A DNA stretch of 64,000 nucleotides from Acidobacteriota bacterium. GTDB lineage: Bacteria; Acidobacteriota; Vicinamibacteria; Marinacidobacterales; Marinacidobacteraceae. Shown piece by piece: positions 55,150 through 64,000 of this stretch (positions are counted from its first letter, which is position 1; each line of letters opens with the position of its first letter). The stretch is taken from contig VXNL01000079.1 of the NCBI GenBank assembly GCA_009840635.1, positions 3,782 to 67,781 on the forward strand, in the 5' to 3' direction. The notes beneath the pieces were generated by a model that saw nothing but the letters and a program-made list of their open reading frames with translations, made no database searches and was not told the origin of the DNA. The translations under genes and the position numbers were made by a program.

Positions 55150-56520
55150 CTAGAGGTAGCCGAACAGCGGGGGGAACAGGACGGCGACCGTCGCGGCCCA
55201 GCCGGCGTACACCGGCAGGAACCCCGTCTGCCAGCGTTCGAGGGCGGCGAACGAACCGAGCCCGCGCAGAAAGCGCAGGTAGAACCAGGCCGACCCGGCC
55301 AGGCTGGCGAGCAGGACCAGGTTCAGACCGAGCGCGGCCGTCCGGTTGGGGGTGAAGCCGAACTCGGCGATGCGCGCCCCGATGGCGCCCAGCGCCAGGA
55401 GATCCACGGCCAGCGCGAGCACGACCAGCAGCAACTGCAGCGTGTCGAACGCGGCGGGTGCACTGTCCGGCGCGCGAGCCGAGACGGCGTAGAGCACCAG
55501 GCCGACGACGACGGCCAGCAGCCCGTCGAGCACGATGAGGACCTCGCGCTCGATCCGGAGGCCGGTCCCCGTCCACGCCATCGTCAGAAGTAGCGCGAGC
55601 AGCGCGAAGGCGAAGAGCGGCGTGAAGATCCGGGCCAGCAGCGGCGCCAGGCTTCCGCTGACGCGGGTCCTGCTCTCCGCCAGCCAGGAGGCGATGACGA
55701 TGGTGCCGGCCGCTCCGCAGGGCAACACCCAGGCTCCCCAGAGCCGGTCGGTCTCCACGCCGATCCTCCCGAACAGAGTGAGCGTGATGGCGGAGAGGAC
55801 CAGCCCGCCGAGGGCGATCAGGACGCCGTGGATGAAGAGTTCGCCGGAAAACCGGACGAAACGCATCCGGACAGCGGAAACGCTCCAGCGTCCCGCGGTG
55901 TACGCGATACCTACCGCCAGCCACAGCGCGATGGGCAGATGGACCGAGGCGAGCACTTCGGTTGACCCTGCCGTGACGAACGGAAAGAGGTTGATCAGAG
56001 CCGCGGCGGCAACGAAGGCGGCGGCAACTCGTACCGAGCGGGCTGTGCTTGACCCACGTTTCCAGGCGAAGTAGCCGGCAACGCAGCCCAGCGCCACGAT
56101 GCTCTCGTTCCGGGCGTAGAAGGCGATGGCGTCCTCCGTGAGCGGAGGGCCGAGGAACTGCAGCGCTTTGGCCAGGATGGCGGCGAGCGCGGCCAGGCCC
56201 AGGGCGACCCAGGTCTCGGCGCCGACACCCCAGCGACCGGTCTCGGCTTGGGCCGGCGGCTCCAGAATCCGGACGGCGTGCTGGTGGGCGAACTCGCGGG
56301 TCGGGGGATGCTGTTCCCCGACGCGTTTCAGGGCCACGAGGAACGCCTCGTCGGGGTCGAGCCCCGCCTCGCGCAGCGAGCCGAATGCGCTGGAGAGCGC
56401 CTCCTCCAGTTCTTCCAGGTCGGTTTCCGGAGCGCCGCCGTCCCGAAGCAGATGGGAGCGCCACGCGGCGAAGCGCGCCGTCTCGTGTCCTTCGGTGGTT
56501 TCGCGGTTCATGTCTGGCAT
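55150..56520 (-). CDS. Polytopic integral membrane protein of unknown function (acidic cytoplasmic N-terminal domain plus about 10 TM helices)
   Basis: A 456-aa ORF with strong hydrophobic periodicity. No catalytic motif was recognised. Confidence 0.55.
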   Translation of the reverse strand: MPDMNRETTEGHETARFAAWRSHLLRDGGAPETDLEELEEALSSAFGSLREAGLDPDEAFLVALKRVGEQHPPTREFAHQHAVRILEPPAQAETGRWGVGAETWVALGLAALAAILAKALQFLGPPLTEDAIAFYARNESIVALGCVAGYFAWKRGSSTARSVRVAAAFVAAAALINLFPFVTAGSTEVLASVHLPIALWLAVGIAYTAGRWSVSAVRMRFVRFSGELFIHGVLIALGGLVLSAITLTLFGRIGVETDRLWGAWVLPCGAAGTIVIASWLAESRTRVSGSLAPLLARIFTPLFAFALLALLLTMAWTGTGLRIEREVLIVLDGLLAVVVGLVLYAVSARAPDSAPAAFDTLQLLLVVLALAVDLLALGAIGARIAEFGFTPNRTAALGLNLVLLASLAGSAWFYLRFLRGLGSFAALERWQTGFLPVYAGWAATVAVLFPPLFGYL

Positions 56521-56601
56521 CCCGCCGAACGGCGCGGAGCGCGGGTTTGGGTCACCGGACAGGAAACACTATCGGGCCGGCCCGCCCACTAAGCTCACCG
56601 G

Positions 56602-57582
56602 ATGCTGCATCAGGCCCTCCGCATCGGGACCTTTGCGTTCCCGGCCTGGGTCCTGTTGGCCAGCCTTCTCGCGCTCTGGCGGCCCGAGGTCTTCACGTGG
56701 TTCAGCGGCGGCCTGATCACCGTCGGGCTGGGCGTCATCATGCTGGGGATGGGGCTGACGCTGGAGGTGGACGACTTCCGGCGCGTCCTGCGGCGGCCGG
56801 CGCCGATCGGCCTGGGCGTGGTGCTCCAGTACTTCGTCATGCCCCTGATGGGCTGGACCGTGGCCTGGGCGCTCGATCTGCCGCGGGAGTTCGCGGTGGG
56901 GCTCATCCTGGTCTCCTGCTGTCCGGGCGGGGTGGCCTCGAACGTAATCTCGTATCTGGCGCTCGCCGACGTGCCGCTGTCCGTTTCGATGACCGCGGTC
57001 TCCACCGGCCTGTCCGTCCTGATGACCCCGGCGCTCGTGGCCATGCTGGCGAGCAGCCGCATCGATGTTCCCGCCGCCGGGCTGCTCCTCAGCACCGTGC
57101 AGGTGGTGATCCTGCCCATCGTCACCGGCCTCGTCCTGAGGCGCTACGCTCCTGGTCTCACCCGGGCCGTCCTCCCCTACGGTCCGTTCACGTCCGTGGT
57201 GCTGATCACCGTGATCGTGGCTTCCATCATCGGCTCGAGCCGGGCGATCATCCTCGAATCGGGCGACCTGCTGGTCGTCGCGGTATTCCTGCTCCACGCC
57301 GGCGGCTTCTTCTTCGGCTACACCCTCGCGCGTCTCGTCTCGCGCCGCGTTCCGACCGCGCGGACCGTCTCCATCGAAGTCGGGATGCAGAACTCCGGCC
57401 TCGGGGTGGTCCTCGCCGGCCAGAACTTCACGAGCCCGCTGGTCGCGGTCCCAAGCGCCATCTCGAGCCTCTTCCATTCGCTCATCGGCAGCGTGGTGGC
57501 GGGCGTCTGGCGGGCCAGCGCCGTGCGTCAGGCGGCGCGCGGATCGGACACTGACGAGCGGCCCGCGGTTTCGGTCCCGTAG
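56602..57582 (+). CDS. Bile acid:sodium symporter (BASS/SBF) family transporter
   Basis: It has the typical BASS helices and the conserved GLILVSCCPGGVASNV segment. Confidence 0.85.
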   Translation: MLHQALRIGTFAFPAWVLLASLLALWRPEVFTWFSGGLITVGLGVIMLGMGLTLEVDDFRRVLRRPAPIGLGVVLQYFVMPLMGWTVAWALDLPREFAVGLILVSCCPGGVASNVISYLALADVPLSVSMTAVSTGLSVLMTPALVAMLASSRIDVPAAGLLLSTVQVVILPIVTGLVLRRYAPGLTRAVLPYGPFTSVVLITVIVASIIGSSRAIILESGDLLVVAVFLLHAGGFFFGYTLARLVSRRVPTARTVSIEVGMQNSGLGVVLAGQNFTSPLVAVPSAISSLFHSLIGSVVAGVWRASAVRQAARGSDTDERPAVSVP

Positions 57583-57594
57583 GATTTCGGGGAA

Positions 57595-58371
57595 ATGCTC
57601 CTCGTCTTCGACGTCGGCAACACCAAGACCGCCATCGGGCTTCACGACGGCGACGCCTGGGTGCGGGACTGGCGGATCTCCACGCACGCGGAGCGCCTCG
57701 CGGACGAAACGGCGGCGCTGCTGGACAGCCTGCTTGCCGGGGCGGGGGTCTCGCGGCAGGACATCGACGGGCTCGCGGCGGCCAGCGTGGTTCCCTCGGC
57801 GACCGAGATCCTGCGGAATCTTGCGGAGCGTCACTTCGGGAGCCCGCTCTTCGTGCTGAATCACAAGACGGCCCGCGGGATCCGCCTGGCCGTGGACACT
57901 CCCGAGGAGACCGGCCCCGACCGCATCGCCAACACCGTGGCGGTCCATCACCTCTATGGAGTGGACGCCATCGTCCTGGATGCCGGAACGGCGCTGACGT
58001 TCGATGTGATCTCCCGGGAAGGGGAGTATCGGGGGGGGGCCATCGCTCCCGGGCTAGGGATCTCCGCCGAAGCGCTCGTCCGCCGGACGGCCCGGCTCCC
58101 GAAGGTGGAACTACGGCCGCCGAAGCGCGTGGTCGGGACGCACACTGTCGCCGCCATGCAGTCCGGCCTGGTCCACGGCTGGACCGGCATGGTGCGCGAG
58201 ATGGTCCGGCTGCTGAAGGAGGAGCTCGGCGGGAACTACACGGTCATCGCGACCGGCGGCCTGGCCCAGCAGGTGGCGGACTGGACCGGCGTGGTGGATC
58301 TCGTGGACGAGCGACTGACGCTGGAGGGCATCCGGATCGTGGTTTCCCGGGGCGCCGCGTCTCGCGCATAG
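57595..58371 (+). CDS. coaX: Type III pantothenate kinase
   Basis: It begins MLLVFDVGNTKTAIG. The DRIANTVAV and GTHTVAAMQSG segments are CoaX hallmarks. Confidence 0.9.
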   Translation: MLLVFDVGNTKTAIGLHDGDAWVRDWRISTHAERLADETAALLDSLLAGAGVSRQDIDGLAAASVVPSATEILRNLAERHFGSPLFVLNHKTARGIRLAVDTPEETGPDRIANTVAVHHLYGVDAIVLDAGTALTFDVISREGEYRGGAIAPGLGISAEALVRRTARLPKVELRPPKRVVGTHTVAAMQSGLVHGWTGMVREMVRLLKEELGGNYTVIATGGLAQQVADWTGVVDLVDERLTLEGIRIVVSRGAASRA

Positions 58372-58383
58372 ACTCCCGCGCCC

Positions 58384-59364
58384 ATGATCCCGCTGACCGA
58401 GATCGAGGCGGCGCGCGCCCGGATCGCGCCCTACGCCGTCCGGACTCCGCTCGTGCGGCTGCCCGCGGACGGCCCGGACGAGGTCTGGCTGAAGCTGGAG
58501 AACCTGCAGCCGTTCGCCTGCTTCAAGATCCGCGCTGCCGCCAATCTCTTCGGTTCGCTCAGCGACGCGGAACTCTCCCGCGGGGTCATGACCGCCAGCG
58601 CCGGGAACTGGGCCCAGGCGGCCGCGTTCATGGCCCGGGAGCGGGGCGTTCCCTGCACCGTTGTCGTCCCCGACACCTCACCGGAGAACAAACGCCGGTC
58701 CATTGCCGCGCTCGGGGCGGAGATCGTGGTCCAGCCGTTTCCGGAGTGGTGGAAGGCGATCGTCACCCACACCCATCCGGGGCTCAACGCCCGCTTCGTC
58801 CACCCGGTCGAGGAACGGGAGGTGATGGTGGGCAACGCCACCGCCGGGCTCGAGGTTTTCGAGGACCTGCCGGACGTGGACGCCGTGCTGGTTCCCTTCG
58901 GAGGCGGCGGCCTGAGTTGCGGGATCTCGAACGCCCTCCGCCAGAAGGGCTCCAGCGCGCGCGTTCACCCGGTCGAGGTCACCACCTCGGCGAAGGTGGA
59001 GGCGGCGGTCCGGCATGGATCGCCCCAGTGGATCGACACCGAGCCCAGCTTCGTGGACGGGATCGGCGGAAACACGGTGCTGGACCCGATGTGGCCGCTC
59101 GTCCAGGAGTTCCTGGAGGAACCGCTGCTGGCCTCACCCGACGAGATCGCCGAGGCGGTGCGCACGCTGGCGGCGCGAAGCCGGATCGTGGCCGAAGGCG
59201 CCGGCGCCAGCCCGGTGGCGGTGGCGCTCGCCGGCCGGGTGCCGCGGCGCCCGGGCGAGGCGGGCCGGAAACGGCGGATCGTCTGCGTGGTGTCCGGCGG
59301 CAACATCGAGATGGGCGTCTTCCGGCGCATCCTGGCCGGCGAGACCCCCAGATCGGCGCGCTAA
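58384..59364 (+). CDS. PLP-dependent threonine/serine dehydratase-family enzyme (PALP fold)
   Basis: The PLP-lysine lies in CFKIRAA. A Gly-rich loop VPFGGGGLSCG follows. Length is 326 aa. Confidence 0.75.
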   Translation: MIPLTEIEAARARIAPYAVRTPLVRLPADGPDEVWLKLENLQPFACFKIRAAANLFGSLSDAELSRGVMTASAGNWAQAAAFMARERGVPCTVVVPDTSPENKRRSIAALGAEIVVQPFPEWWKAIVTHTHPGLNARFVHPVEEREVMVGNATAGLEVFEDLPDVDAVLVPFGGGGLSCGISNALRQKGSSARVHPVEVTTSAKVEAAVRHGSPQWIDTEPSFVDGIGGNTVLDPMWPLVQEFLEEPLLASPDEIAEAVRTLAARSRIVAEGAGASPVAVALAGRVPRRPGEAGRKRRIVCVVSGGNIEMGVFRRILAGETPRSAR

Positions 59365-59396
59365 GCGAAGACCACGGGATTCCATATCCTGTGTCC

Positions 59397-59747
59397 ATGA
59401 AGATCACGCTGAGGGTGAACGAATCCGTCCTCCGCGCGATGCGTCTGTACGCCGCCCAACGTGGGTCCTCGGTCAACGCACTCGTTCGCGAGTTCTTCGC
59501 CGAGATCGCAGCTCGTGAAGACCGGGTCAGCAGCGCCCGCAAACGCATCCATGGATCTGAGCGGCAGGTCCTCCGCCTGCATCGGGTCCCGGAGCTGGAC
59601 GCGCGACGATCTCCATGTGCGCTGAGTTGTTCGTCGATCAGCTCGATGCGAAGATCAGCGACACGTACCGAATCAGCTATTGGGATGGCGCCATCCTGGC
59701 TGCGGCGCACTCCCTCGGTGCGCGCACCCTTTTCGCGGAAGACGTGA
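59397..59747 (+). CDS. Ribbon-helix-helix (VapB/CopG-like) antitoxin with an unusually long C-terminal extension
   Basis: The N-terminal MKITLRVNESVLRAMRLYAAQRGSSVNALVREFFAEIAARED matches RHH antitoxins. The ORF reads on for 116 aa, across the region where a toxin N-terminus would be expected. Confidence 0.5.
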   Translation: MKITLRVNESVLRAMRLYAAQRGSSVNALVREFFAEIAAREDRVSSARKRIHGSERQVLRLHRVPELDARRSPCALSCSSISSMRRSATRTESAIGMAPSWLRRTPSVRAPFSRKT

Positions 59748-59803
59748 GCGACGGCCAGGACTACGGAGGGATTCGGGCGGTGAATCCCGTCCGGAACGGG
59801 TAA
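59615..59803 (+). pseudogene. Truncated PIN-domain (VapC-like) toxin remnant, C-terminal 62 aa only
   Basis: ISYWDGAILAAAHSLGARTLFAEDVSDGQDYGGIRAVNPV matches the C-terminal half of a PIN domain. An in-frame stop at 59558-59560 prevents an N-terminal half. Confidence 0.5.
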
Positions 59804-59842
59804 GCGGCCCCTCGAAGGACTCCCCCCGGAGCCGCCCAGTCT

Positions 59843-62554
59843 TCAGGCGGTGGCCGGCTCTTCCTCCCGGGCCAGGTCGCGCATCACGGTCTGCAGGATG
59901 CCGCCGTTCCGGTAGTAGTCCACTTCCACCGCCGAGTCGAGGCGGCAGCGCGCCTTGAACGAACGCGAGCCACTGTGCCCGGTGGCGGTCACCGTGACGC
60001 TGGCCCCGGGTCCCAGACCATTGCTGACGCCCTCGATGTCGAGGACCTCGTCGCCGGTCAACCCCAGGGACTCCGCGTTCTCGCCGGGCGGGAACTCGAG
60101 CGGCAGAACGCCCATGCCGACCAGGTTGCTGCGGTGGATGCGCTCGAAGCTCTCGGCGATCACCGCCTTGACGCCCAGCAGCAGCGTTCCCTTGGCCGCC
60201 CAGTCACGGGAGGAGCCGGTCCCGTACTCCTTGCCGGCGAGGATCACGAGCGGGGTGCCCTCCTCGCGGTAGCGCTTCGCGGCCTCGAAGATGGTGGTCT
60301 GCTCGCCCGACGGGTAGTGCACCGTGAATCCGCCCTCGGCGCCGCCGGCGATCTGGTTCCGGAACCGGATGTTCGCGAACGTGCCGCGGAGCATGATCCG
60401 GTCGTTGCCGCGGCGCGAGCCGTACGAGTTGAAGTCGCGTCGCTCGATCCCGCGCTCCCGCAGCCAGCTGCCGGCGGGCGAGTCGAAGGCGATGGTCCCG
60501 GCAGGCGAGATGTGGTCGGTCGTGACCGAATCGCCGCAGCGGACGAGCACCCGCGCTCCCCGGATATCGGCCGGGGGCGCCGGGTCGGCGGTCATTCCGG
60601 AGAAAAACGGCGGCTCCTGGATGTAGGTGGAGCTCTCGTCCCACGGGTAGATCTCGGAGGCGTCCACCGGAATCTCGTTCCAGGTCGGATTTCCGTCCCA
60701 GACGTTGCCGTACATGCGGCGGAACGTCTCCGGGCGGAGCGCCCGGTCGAGCGCGTCGCGGACGTCCTCGCTGCCCGGCCAAATGTCGCGCAGGAACACC
60801 GGATTGCCGTCGGCGCCGGTCCCGAGCGGTTCCTCCTCCAGATCGATGTCCACGGTGCCGGCGAGCGCGTAGGCCACGACCAGCGGTGGAGACGCCAGGT
60901 AGTTGGCGCGCACGCTCGGGTGCACGCGGCCCTCGAAGTTGCGGTTCCCGGAAAGGACCGAAGCCGCCACCAGGTCGGCGCTCTCGATGGCCCGCTCCAC
61001 CCTCTCCGGCAGCGGCCCGCTGTTCCCGATACAGGTCGTGCACCCGTAGCCCACCAGGTGGAAGCCGAGGTCCGCGAGGGGGCCGAGAAGTCCCGCGTCC
61101 CGCAGGTATTCCGTAACCGCCTTCGAACCCGGTGCGAGCGATGTCTTGACGTGATCGGGGGTGGTGAGCCCGAGCCCCACCGCCCGCTGCGCGAGGAGAC
61201 CGGCGGCAAGCATCACGCCCGGGTTCGAGGTGTTCGTGCAGGAGGTGATCGCCGCGATCACGACGGCGCCGTGGCCCAGGTTCCGGCCGTTCCCGGCGCT
61301 TGCCGTCCGCGCGAGCTGTCCGGACTCAAGCGCGAATCCCCGCTCCGCCACCGGCGCGGTCAGGGACGCGCGGAAGGCGCGCTGCATGTCGGAGAGCGCC
61401 ACCCGGTCCTGCGGCCGCTTCGGACCCGCGAGGCTCGGCTCCACCGTTCCCAGGTCGAGTTCGAGTACGTCGGTGTACTCCGGGTCCGGCGTTTCGTCGG
61501 TCCGGAACAGGCCCTGGCGCTTGGTGTACGCCTCGACCCGGTCCACTTCCTCGTCGCTCCGACCGGTGCGGCGGAGGTAGGAGAGGGTCTCGGCGTCCAC
61601 CGGGAAGAAGCCCATCGTGGCGCCGTATTCGGGCGCCATGTTGGCCACCGTGGCGCGGTCGGAGAGCGAGATCTCCGAAAGCCCTTCCCCGAAGAACTCG
61701 ACGAAACTCTCCACCACTCCGTGGGCGCGCAGCCGCTCGGTGATGGTGAGCACGAGGTCGGTTGCGGTGACCCCTTCCTGCAGGCTGCCGCTCAGGCGGA
61801 AACCGACCACCTTCGGCGTGATGAGGTAGCACGGCTGGCCGAGCATGGCCGCCTCGGCCTCGATGCCCCCGACGCCCCAGCCCAGGACGCCGAGGCCGTT
61901 GATCATGGTGGTGTGGGAATCGGTTCCCACCAGGGTGTCCGGCAGCAGCACCCGCTCGTCGCCATCGCCGTCCTCCATGACCACCTTGGCCAGGAGTTCG
62001 AGGTTCACCTGGTGGACGATGCCGGTGGCGGGCGGAACGACCCGGAAGCGGGAGAACGCCTCCGCTCCCCAGCGGAGGAACCGGTAGCGCTCCTGGTTCC
62101 GTTCGAACTCGATCGCCGCGTTCTGGCGGGCCGCCATCGGGGTGCCGAAGGAATCCACCACCACCGAGTGGTCGATGACCAGGTCCACCGGCGCCTTCGG
62201 GTTGATGCGCGCCGGGTCGCCGCCCATCCGGGCCAGCGCGGACCGCATGGCGGCGAGGTCCACGAGCGCGGGCACTCCCGTGAAATCCTGCAGGATGACG
62301 CGGGCCGGGCGGAACGGAACCTCGCGCCGGGCCGGCGCTTCGGCGTTCCAGCCCGCGAGGGCCGCCACGTCCTCTTCGCGAACCGTCCGTCCGTCCACTC
62401 CGCGGAGCAACGACTCGAGAAGGACCCGGATCGAGAACGGAAGCCGGGAAATGGACCCGAGTCCTTCCCGCTCAACCGCTTCGAGCGCGTAAACGTGCAC
62501 GTCCCCGCCAGCAGCGCGGTGTTTTTCCAGGGATCCGAAGGAGTTATGTAACAT
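59843..62554 (-). CDS. acnA: Aconitate hydratase A
   Basis: A 903-aa protein with Fe-S cluster Cys motifs ([16 protein letters not shown]) and the four-domain AcnA layout. Confidence 0.95.
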   Translation of the reverse strand: MLHNSFGSLEKHRAAGGDVHVYALEAVEREGLGSISRLPFSIRVLLESLLRGVDGRTVREEDVAALAGWNAEAPARREVPFRPARVILQDFTGVPALVDLAAMRSALARMGGDPARINPKAPVDLVIDHSVVVDSFGTPMAARQNAAIEFERNQERYRFLRWGAEAFSRFRVVPPATGIVHQVNLELLAKVVMEDGDGDERVLLPDTLVGTDSHTTMINGLGVLGWGVGGIEAEAAMLGQPCYLITPKVVGFRLSGSLQEGVTATDLVLTITERLRAHGVVESFVEFFGEGLSEISLSDRATVANMAPEYGATMGFFPVDAETLSYLRRTGRSDEEVDRVEAYTKRQGLFRTDETPDPEYTDVLELDLGTVEPSLAGPKRPQDRVALSDMQRAFRASLTAPVAERGFALESGQLARTASAGNGRNLGHGAVVIAAITSCTNTSNPGVMLAAGLLAQRAVGLGLTTPDHVKTSLAPGSKAVTEYLRDAGLLGPLADLGFHLVGYGCTTCIGNSGPLPERVERAIESADLVAASVLSGNRNFEGRVHPSVRANYLASPPLVVAYALAGTVDIDLEEEPLGTGADGNPVFLRDIWPGSEDVRDALDRALRPETFRRMYGNVWDGNPTWNEIPVDASEIYPWDESSTYIQEPPFFSGMTADPAPPADIRGARVLVRCGDSVTTDHISPAGTIAFDSPAGSWLRERGIERRDFNSYGSRRGNDRIMLRGTFANIRFRNQIAGGAEGGFTVHYPSGEQTTIFEAAKRYREEGTPLVILAGKEYGTGSSRDWAAKGTLLLGVKAVIAESFERIHRSNLVGMGVLPLEFPPGENAESLGLTGDEVLDIEGVSNGLGPGASVTVTATGHSGSRSFKARCRLDSAVEVDYYRNGGILQTVMRDLAREEEPATA

Positions 62555-62606
62555 CGGCCGAGGCGAGGGGCGGTAAGGCTAACGCCCGGCCCCTCCGGGG
62601 GCCAAG

Positions 62607-63449
62607 ATGAACGACGAAGCGACCACCGCTGCTGCCGCGCCGCCGGCGCGAATCGATCTCGGGTTCCTGCTCGGTTTCGCGTTCCGCGATCCGCGCGCGT
62701 TCCGCAAGTGGATGATTGGCTGCCTCGCGGTCCTGCTGATCCCGGTCCTCGGGTTCGGGCTGCTGTGGCTGCTCGGTTTCGCGGTCCAGACGGCGCGCGG
62801 CGCGCTCCGTGGGGAAGAGCACCCGATGCCGGGCTGGGACGCCGTGGCCAGCCAGCTCGCCGACGGCTTGCGGGTCGTGTTGGTCGTTCTCGTCTATGCC
62901 GCCGTGGTGGCCGTCGTCGGGGGTGGGCTCTTCCTGGTGGGCACCCTGATCGGCCTGGTGGCGGTTGGGATTGCCGGCGGCGTCTTCGCCGGGATAGCCG
63001 GCGCCGCGATGGAGAGCGGGGTCGCTCCCGACGTCTTCGGGCAGATCCTGCCGGAGATGGTCGCGGTCCCGGTCGCCGGAGCCGGCCTGATGGGAGCGGC
63101 GGCCGTCTTCGGTCTGGTCGTTACCGGCTGGTTCGTGGTGCTACTGGCCGGGTTCGCCAAGGCGCTCCTGCCGGCCGGGCTGATGCAGCTCGCCGCTACC
63201 GGCCGGATCCGCCCGGCCCTCGGCTGGGTCCGGAACCTGCGGGGGGTCCGCGCCCACCCGGGGACGTACATCCTGCTTCTGCTGATCCTCATTCTGTTCG
63301 GAATCCTCGCCAACCTCAGCCTGTCGCTCTTCCTGGTGGGCCTCGTGCCGGGCCTCTTCTGGACCTGGACGGCGTCCGGCGCCGCGATCGGCCACGCGGG
63401 CCGCATCATGGGCGTCGAAATGGAAGCGGCGGAAACCGCGGCGGACTGA
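62607..63449 (+). CDS. DUF4013-family membrane protein
   Basis: It contains FRDPRAFRKWMIGCL, and the GFAVQTARGALRGEEHPMPGW loop is typical of DUF4013. Multiple Gly/Ala-rich TM helices follow. Confidence 0.6.
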   Translation: MNDEATTAAAAPPARIDLGFLLGFAFRDPRAFRKWMIGCLAVLLIPVLGFGLLWLLGFAVQTARGALRGEEHPMPGWDAVASQLADGLRVVLVVLVYAAVVAVVGGGLFLVGTLIGLVAVGIAGGVFAGIAGAAMESGVAPDVFGQILPEMVAVPVAGAGLMGAAAVFGLVVTGWFVVLLAGFAKALLPAGLMQLAATGRIRPALGWVRNLRGVRAHPGTYILLLLILILFGILANLSLSLFLVGLVPGLFWTWTASGAAIGHAGRIMGVEMEAAETAAD

Positions 63450-63478
63450 AACCCGTTACGGATTGCAGAGGCAAATCG

Positions 63479-64000
63479 CATGACCGAAGAACTACCCACC
63501 CCGAGCGGCGGCAGCGCTGCGTCCGCAACCCTGGATCTCGGAGCCATTCTCGGGGGCCCCTTCCGCGACCCGCGCGCCCTGCCGAAGTTCCTCGGCGGGT
63601 GCCTCGCCGTGATCGGCATCCTGTTCTTCGGACTCGGTCTGCTGGCGCTGCTCGGCTTCTCCTTCCAGACGGCCCAGCGCGCCCGGGCGGGGGAGGAGCA
63701 TCCGATGCCCGAGTGGTCGGACATCGGAAGTCTGCTGGGTGACGGGCTTCGGGTGCTCGGGGTGGCCCTCGGCTATTTCCTGGCTCCGCTTGCGCTGACC
63801 ATCGTCGCCGCAGTCCTCAGCGTCATCCCGGTGCTCGGAGGGCTAGCCGACTTTGTCCTCGGTCCCGTGACGCTGCTTCTCGGCCTGCTCGCGGTGATCC
63901 TCCTGCCCGTTGCCCTGGCGCAGATGGTGGCGAGCAACGAGATCGGCTCCGCCTTCCGGATCCAGGAGAACCTCCGGCTTATCCAGGCCCACCTCGGCAC
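63479..64000 (+). CDS. Second DUF4013-family membrane protein (tandem paralog), truncated by the window end
   Basis: It contains FRDPRALPKFLGGCL...GFSFQTAQRARAGEEHPMPEW, collinear with the upstream paralog. The frame stays open to position 64000. Confidence 0.55.

Overview
This is a gene-dense, very high-GC (about 70%) bacterial chromosomal window, with roughly 65 protein-coding genes on both strands.

Most of the window is housekeeping and core metabolism:
- An EF-G-family GTPase fragment at the 5' edge.
- A PilM/N/O-P-like pilus or secretion platform cluster.
- L-asparaginase, a DmpA-type aminopeptidase, an aldehyde dehydrogenase, TenA and a DASS transporter.
- A secreted LmbE-ThuA fusion, an SSF permease with a small upstream subunit, and a ClC channel.
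- dtd, a DsbA-like lipoprotein, a PPOX-family protein and an SDR.
- yjbQ, the glcDEF glycolate oxidase operon and an M28 peptidase.
- VIT1, katG and an alpha-carbonic anhydrase.
- A eukaryote-type sterol reductase homolog.
- Qor, uvrC, trpS, scpA, scpB and an in-frame rluB-cmk fusion.
- A PlsB-like acyltransferase, proS, folC, accD, LysE and fadD.
- gatB, udk and an MqnA/D-like enzyme.
- An OMP barrel, a BASS transporter, coaX, a PLP dehydratase and acnA.
- Two tandem DUF4013 membrane proteins at the 3' edge.

Accessory content sits in lower-GC patches:
- An intact vapBC pair at 19.7-20.5 kb.
- A DUF2255 islet at 16.9-17.5 kb.
- An RHH antitoxin with a truncated PIN remnant at 59.4-59.8 kb.
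- A three-gene island at 40.1-42.5 kb. This is the most striking feature. It encodes an HTH-ImmA/IrrE (M78) metallopeptidase, a DUF4411 PIN-like protein and an Mrr-cat/PD-(D/E)xK-like nuclease, and has no integrase.

Two families of GC-rich REP-like palindromic elements recur in intergenic DNA:
- Family 1 has the core GTGCCGGCTGAAGCCGGCGTTCCAAGCC and often occurs as doublets.
- Family 2 has the core GGAGCGCCGGCCTCCGGCCGGCATCGC and sits 3-12 nt after stop codons.
- Inverted copies of these elements bracket both the vapBC cassette and the 40-42.5 kb island.

No rRNA, tRNA or CRISPR array could be supported. Many long antisense ORFs in the six-frame track are GC-driven artefacts.
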